Made by a program: the position numbers and the translations under genes. Positions 59,038 through 64,000 of a stretch of 64,000 bases of DNA are shown here, piece after piece. This DNA comes from a virus (lineage: Duplodnaviria; Caudoviricetes). Every line of letters begins with the position of its first letter. Position 1 is the first letter of the stretch. Below the pieces are notes generated by a model, which made no database searches, was not told where the DNA came from, and saw only the letters and a list, made by a program, of their open reading frames with translations. The stretch is taken from positions 6,502-70,501 of IMG/VR virus record IMGVR_UViG_3300037067_004899. One strand, given 5' to 3'.

Positions 59038-59926
59038 GTTCCTCCACCTTTCTAAGCATTTCCATAACAGCCATTTCATCCTCGCGGTTGAATAAATACT
59101 GTTCCTTGCCTTGTATTGCTGCAATCCAGTTCGCCAGTTCACTCCGGTACATTTCTTCGCAAATATTAGAGTTATATCCCTCCGCCGCTGTGCCTTTGGA
59201 ATACGATATCGGCAATATTGCTCCACTTGGATGCTCGAGTTTAACATAATCGTCATTCCAGTTCCACAGGAGATTACATTTTTCGCCTACAATACGCAGT
59301 TTGCGGATTGCAGGACGAGATAGTATATCAATCAGGACGGTACCAATTACTTCTGCAAATTTAACCGATGCAGAATATACATCATCAGCTGATATGTCCA
59401 GGTCGTCCAGTTTTTTATCGATAAATCCAGTGCAGTCAGTCGGGGATCCGAACAGGTAAGATAACCACGATAATTCAAAGCAGAACATTTCCTTTGTTCC
59501 TAACTCCGCTGCATAATAACTTTTAAAGTCAAATCCCGCCAGTCTCCAATCTCTTAAATGCATCCCGCAATGATGAGTGAATGTGTATATTTTGCCTAAC
59601 GTGCCATTGTCGATAAGTTCCTTTATCTTTTGTACAGCAGGATGAAAACGCATGGTAGATGAACTGTAATATGTTCCTGTGTATTCCGTCACATCCGCTT
59701 CGCAGAACACTGGAATCGTTAAAGCATTTGCTAAATCAATGTAAATTTGTTTTGTCAAAGGAGGACTGCATACCAGCAATGCGTCAGGTTTAAGCATGGT
59801 AACTACATCGCCACACTTACTGTCATCCATTATGTCCCATGTGAAATACTCATCGTATCCCAAGGTTTCTAGGCAACGTTGCCTCCTCTTACTCATTGAA
59901 CCTCGTCCGATAATTCCAAATCTCAT
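59030..59926 (-). CDS. Gfo/Idh/MocA-family oxidoreductase
   Basis: FGIIGRGSM Rossmann start, LLVCSPP, PVFCEA, MRFHPAVQKIKELI. Confidence 0.88.
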   Translation of the reverse strand: MRFGIIGRGSMSKRRQRCLETLGYDEYFTWDIMDDSKCGDVVTMLKPDALLVCSPPLTKQIYIDLANALTIPVFCEADVTEYTGTYYSSSTMRFHPAVQKIKELIDNGTLGKIYTFTHHCGMHLRDWRLAGFDFKSYYAAELGTKEMFCFELSWLSYLFGSPTDCTGFIDKKLDDLDISADDVYSASVKFAEVIGTVLIDILSRPAIRKLRIVGEKCNLLWNWNDDYVKLEHPSGAILPISYSKGTAAEGYNSNICEEMYRSELANWIAAIQGKEQYLFNREDEMAVMEMLRKVEEHE

Positions 59927-60447
59927 ATATCTACCTCAATTAACCTTTCTGTTTCATCAAGTTCATTCAGACAGTTTCCGTCATAGTTATAAACTGCGCT
60001 GTGACCATTTACATTTATGCCTGCAACAAAGCATTTCCCCTCAATTGCCCTTGCCTTCAGCAGTGTGTCCCAGTGATGTATACGTTCAAACGGCCAACAA
60101 GCGGGCACGATTATGAGTTCGGGCTTTTCCATTCGTGCAAATAACTCTGGGAAGCGTAAGTCATAGCAGATCACCACATAGGTTTTCATGTTGTTTATGT
60201 ATGTATGGGGCAGATTAACCCCTGCTGTTCGGCCTTCATCGTACCCTGGGAACAGGTGATTCTTTATGTAGACGAAATCACCTATGCGGTATGCGTTAAG
60301 CTTTAAATTAAATACGTTGTCCTCATATCCATAGCCTGTCAGACTGTTTATACGTGTCGGTGTGACCATTTCAGGCCAAAATATGGGATGGTTTTCAATG
60401 ATCTCCCACTTGTTGCCGAGTTTTACTTGCGCCAATGTGATTTTCAC
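59923..60447 (-). CDS. Compact nitrilase/carbon-nitrogen hydrolase
   Basis: Glu (WPEM), Lys (YIKNHLF), Cys (ICYDLRFPE) triad; ARAIE. Confidence 0.85.
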   Translation of the reverse strand: MKITLAQVKLGNKWEIIENHPIFWPEMVTPTRINSLTGYGYEDNVFNLKLNAYRIGDFVYIKNHLFPGYDEGRTAGVNLPHTYINNMKTYVVICYDLRFPELFARMEKPELIIVPACWPFERIHHWDTLLKARAIEGKCFVAGINVNGHSAVYNYDGNCLNELDETERLIEVDI

Positions 60448-61145
60448 TTGCCTGCTTCACCTATCCTTTCCCAATACTTCTTATTCAGGTATAAATTTGA
60501 CTTCGCAATGTCAGGGTGCTTCAGCAGCCAGTCGCATATCCCTCCGACGGTCATGTTCCGTTTACATTTTGTCAAGACCGCCTCGATTACGTCAAAATCT
60601 TCAGAATAATCCATAGTCAAGCGATAGTCATGGTCGTATCTGAACGGTATCTCCACATATCGTCCTTTAAAAAGCTGTGCGCCCCACCCGGTGTCGGTAT
60701 CAAAATTGACTTCTTTCAGTTTGCTCACAGGATAAGCTATCACATTGAGTCCTAACGGAAGTCCAACCGTGCGTATCGGTAAAAGTTCTTTCATTTGCTG
60801 AACGCAGTAGTAGACTGACTGGATTGTTTCAGGTGTTACCAAAATATCATCACCGTCCGCATTGATGATAAAGTCAATTTTGTGTTTCAGGGCGCAATCA
60901 AGGTGCCTTTTAATGATATTTTGCCTTTCCCCGGAAAAAAAGCCAATATTGTTTCTATCGGCTATGGCCTTCATGCGCAAATTGTCTTCCGGCGTATCCG
61001 GCGTACACATTATGATAGGTATTTTTGAACGTTTCAGACGTTTTATCAGTATATCAGTTAATGTTTTGCCGTTTATGTCCGTTAAGTGCTTACCAGGTAG
61101 ACGGGTTGAACCGTAACGAGTGGTTAAAAAGATGCAAGTTTTCAT
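60444..61145 (-). CDS. SpsF/NeuA-type acylneuraminate cytidylyltransferase
   Basis: RYGSTRLPGKHL, INADGDD, RLTMDYSEDF. Confidence 0.88.
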   Translation of the reverse strand: MKTCIFLTTRYGSTRLPGKHLTDINGKTLTDILIKRLKRSKIPIIMCTPDTPEDNLRMKAIADRNNIGFFSGERQNIIKRHLDCALKHKIDFIINADGDDILVTPETIQSVYYCVQQMKELLPIRTVGLPLGLNVIAYPVSKLKEVNFDTDTGWGAQLFKGRYVEIPFRYDHDYRLTMDYSEDFDVIEAVLTKCKRNMTVGGICDWLLKHPDIAKSNLYLNKKYWERIGEAGK

Positions 61146-62084
61146 ATTGCGCCCTCCAACTCCGAATAGTTCATTGCAAGGAGTTTGTTCTGTACTTGCA
61201 GTATTCTAAGATTATGTAAATAACTAACATTCCTTACGGCTTTTTTTGCTATTTTGTAGGGTTTAGTGCCAAATCTTAAATCATATTCAAAAACACATTC
61301 ATCTTCAATATTGATTCTAAAAGAACTATATCCTATCCCATACGACCGAACAGTAATTAAATATTTTTTAATGCTGATACTTGTTGTGATATAATCTTTG
61401 AATTCCCAAGCATCAATGTTTTTTGTTAACAAGGAGCAGATGAGATCAATATACTTTTGTTCCATCAGTTTGGCTTCTTCTTCTATGCTTACTTTTGGTG
61501 TATATTTTTCCTCCGATTTATTTGCCGCTTGCCATTCCTGAATCTCTTTTATAGCTTCTAAAGTTTCAGTTTTCATATTACACCTCGCAACGCGTTACCA
61601 TACGTTCTGTAGTGTTCGTGTTCAATATCTTGCAGCCTGTGTAATTCGTCGGCGCTTATTATGTAAAAACTAATCCTGTGTTCTTCAACAAAGCAATCTT
61701 TAGTTGTCCTTGTTTCTCGATTTATGGGTAATTCATCCATATTATCTTGAATAACGCAAGCAATCCCGCGCGATAATTCACGCTTTACAATACGTTCTAT
61801 GACTTTTTTGGGTATATTCTTTTTCATTTGTTCAGTAACATTGTAACAGCTAAATAATTTTTCAATATCTTTCATAATCAACTAAACTCCTTCAAAAATA
61901 TTTTTGAGTCAGAGATACATGTACATGTTACTTGTCCGTACAAGTAATTAATTGTCCCATCTTCCTCAACAAATGGCATTGTGGGTAAATTTCCATGTAT
62001 ATCCCTTATCGACATCGCTTCTCTTATTTTGTCGCCCAAACCCTTTCTTTTTTTCGGGATTAATCGATTAAAAAAACTTTTCAT
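61142..62084 (-). other. Three small hypothetical ORFs inside the sugar cluster (61142-61576, 61573-61881, 61878-62084)
   Basis: Overlapping start/stop codons. Confidence 0.55.
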
Positions 62085-63289
62085 ATTCCCTCCAATATCT
62101 TTACTATCCTAGCAGACGAATGACCGTCGCCATATGGGTTCTCACACTTTCCAACCGTCGCTTTCCATTCCCTTGCACGTCCCATGGCGGTCAAAATAGC
62201 GTCTGTCTCGCATGGACATGAAATTACATTGCCCGGTTTAATACGTCCATCCTGACGGTTACCGACGGTTACAGACGGCAGATTGAACGATGCTGATTCA
62301 ATGACTCCGCTGGACGAGTTGCCTACCATCATTTCGGCATATTGGAGTAGGGACAAGTAGGTAAGATGGTCAAGGTTGTCAGCAACGCAAAGTCTTTTGT
62401 CGTCCTTTATATCAAACCCAGTTTTAAGATATTGTATCGATTCCCTTATTTGTTTATTCTCGGGGTCACAGTTTGGTTGTATTAAGATTACTTGTTCGTC
62501 TATACCTGCTATCGCGGTTAAAAAACTTACAATATAATGCTTTGTACGTTCCAATTCCTTTGTAACGGGATGAAAACAAGCCACTATAAACGGCTGGTCA
62601 AGGTTAATGGGTGTATTGGGTTGTAGTGCATCCTTGGAAAGTAGTTTTGCACGGGTCAGCCAGTCAAGGGCAGGGGAACCGACATTGAAAACGTTTATTT
62701 TTTGGTCAGGATAATATTTATCCCAGTCTTCACCTGATAGCCACATATCATATGCCTCACACCAATCCCAAGTACATGGATTTGGTAAATGCGGATTCAT
62801 TTCAAGATAGTTGATAATAGGCTTAATGCCTAACATTAAACCAACTTTTTCAGCGTAATCCTTTGTTGCTGTAAAATGATATGTGGACATTTGGGTAATT
62901 GAATTGCGGAGTTCATTGTCGAACGCTCCTAATGTTGTCTCTCCACCCGCTATATGCGCTATGGGAATATTTAACAGCAATGCTGCTGTGGCTGCTGCAT
63001 GGACTTCAAACCTGTCACCTAAAATTACAACCATGTCTGGTTTGAGTAGGTTATACATCTCTAAACATCTGTCGAAAAACTGTCCTATGTCGTATATGCT
63101 ATCCATGTCGCCTAAAACAACATGGTTGTTGTGATCGGTAAATTCGTTCCATATTTCTTCCCGGCAATGATGGGTATATGGATATGCTATTTGCAGTTTA
63201 AGTTTATCGCTGGCTTCTATATCTTTCATGATGAAATATAAATAGCCAAAATCGGCACGGCAGGTTGAAATTATACATATTTTCTTCAT
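62081..63289 (-). CDS. neuC: NeuC/LegG-type hydrolysing UDP-sugar 2-epimerase
   Basis: ISTCRADFG, KPDMVVILGDRFE, HIAGGETTLGAFD, FHPVT, MVGNSSSG, VGNRQDGR, NPYGDG. Confidence 0.92.
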   Translation of the reverse strand: MKKICIISTCRADFGYLYFIMKDIEASDKLKLQIAYPYTHHCREEIWNEFTDHNNHVVLGDMDSIYDIGQFFDRCLEMYNLLKPDMVVILGDRFEVHAAATAALLLNIPIAHIAGGETTLGAFDNELRNSITQMSTYHFTATKDYAEKVGLMLGIKPIINYLEMNPHLPNPCTWDWCEAYDMWLSGEDWDKYYPDQKINVFNVGSPALDWLTRAKLLSKDALQPNTPINLDQPFIVACFHPVTKELERTKHYIVSFLTAIAGIDEQVILIQPNCDPENKQIRESIQYLKTGFDIKDDKRLCVADNLDHLTYLSLLQYAEMMVGNSSSGVIESASFNLPSVTVGNRQDGRIKPGNVISCPCETDAILTAMGRAREWKATVGKCENPYGDGHSSARIVKILEGI

Positions 63290-63304
63290 GGCTTTAACTC
63301 CTTA

Positions 63305-63871
63305 TTAAAATATTTCGTTTTTTATGTCCATCAAAAACAATTCCTCACCTTTTGGTAATGGACATTCTTTCATCCAGTGCATTTTGCGTATCACAGACCA
63401 TTGCGAAAAATTTATATTGGAAAAATCATATTTATCATATAGGCGGCTATCAATTGCCAGCCTATAGGATTGACAACGTGGTTTTGAGAAATCCCATGTA
63501 TGAGTAATAACGTTTTCTGATAATTCTTTAAGCTCTTTAATTTCCTTATCTGTTGCTTCGTAATGTACTGTAAAATGAATACCATCTATTAGAGTTAACA
63601 AACTGTCGTATGCGGCATATAGTGAAATATTATATAATGCGGTATACAAATATATTTTACCTTTGTAATTTTCATTTTTAAGCCATAAAACAAACCTAAA
63701 AACATAGTCTGGAATCAACATCGGTTCTCCGCCGGTAATCATTATTACATCATATTTCAAAAGTTTTTCCTTATTTTCCAATAGTTTATGTTGGTAAAAA
63801 ACATTTTCTTTATTACAACAGTTTTCACAATTTCTTGGACAATCCAATGTGATAATTACACGCGCTTTCAT
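63305..63871 (-). CDS. Short radical SAM protein
   Basis: CPRNCENC (CX3CX2C) and ITGGEP. Confidence 0.85.
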   Translation of the reverse strand: MKARVIITLDCPRNCENCCNKENVFYQHKLLENKEKLLKYDVIMITGGEPMLIPDYVFRFVLWLKNENYKGKIYLYTALYNISLYAAYDSLLTLIDGIHFTVHYEATDKEIKELKELSENVITHTWDFSKPRCQSYRLAIDSRLYDKYDFSNINFSQWSVIRKMHWMKECPLPKGEELFLMDIKNEIF

Positions 63872-64000
63872 ACTACCTCCAATATGTGGTTAAGGTTGGT
63901 TATAGGATAGATAGATACAAATATTACAGCCAATTTATCAACAGTTCTTTCATTACTTACGTTACTATCGTTTTCTACTGCTTTTTTACTTTAGATCGGA

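Noticed and set aside
50771-63289. Sugar genes as DNA hypermodification machinery
   Set aside because: No base-modifying enzyme or DNA glycosyltransferase recognised; the only transferase is Maf, which acts on proteins
63305-63871. Radical SAM protein as QueE of a 7-deazaguanine DNA-modification system
   Set aside because: No queC, queD, folE or dpdA seen; its neighbours are sugar genes

Overview
The whole window is one temperate dsDNA phage genome of a Clostridia-like Firmicute host. It appears circularly permuted and not integrated: an intact attP (3' half of tRNA-Pro(GGG) plus arm-type repeats, 19.6-19.9 kb) has phage genes on both sides, and minus-strand gene order continues plausibly from the left end (terS) into the right end. 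Modules: lysogeny switch and tyrosine integrase (17.8-19.6 kb); early, recombination and replication genes (Gam, ERF, initiator with iterons, DnaB, Dam, RusA; 3.5-17.7 kb); an accessory region with tRNA-like RNAs (20-24.8 kb); lysis (24.8-26 kb); and a podovirus-like virion module (P22-type portal, capsid, adaptor, nozzle, fibre-like proteins, two large ejection-type proteins; no tape measure, tail tube or sheath gene recognised). The stand-out system is an apparently complete phage-encoded nonulosonic (sialic-acid-like) sugar pathway: 4,6-dehydratase, class III aminotransferase, NeuD-type acetyltransferase, NeuC, NeuB, CMP-transferase, Gfo/Idh/MocA oxidoreductase and nitrilase-family enzyme, plus a Maf-family protein O-glycosyltransferase. 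These genes lie in four places within the packaging and virion operons, and many predicted outer virion proteins are strongly Ser/Thr-rich. The inference is a phage that decorates its own virion, or its host's flagellin, with a legionaminic-acid-like sugar. All family assignments are motif recognition by eye; no searches were run.
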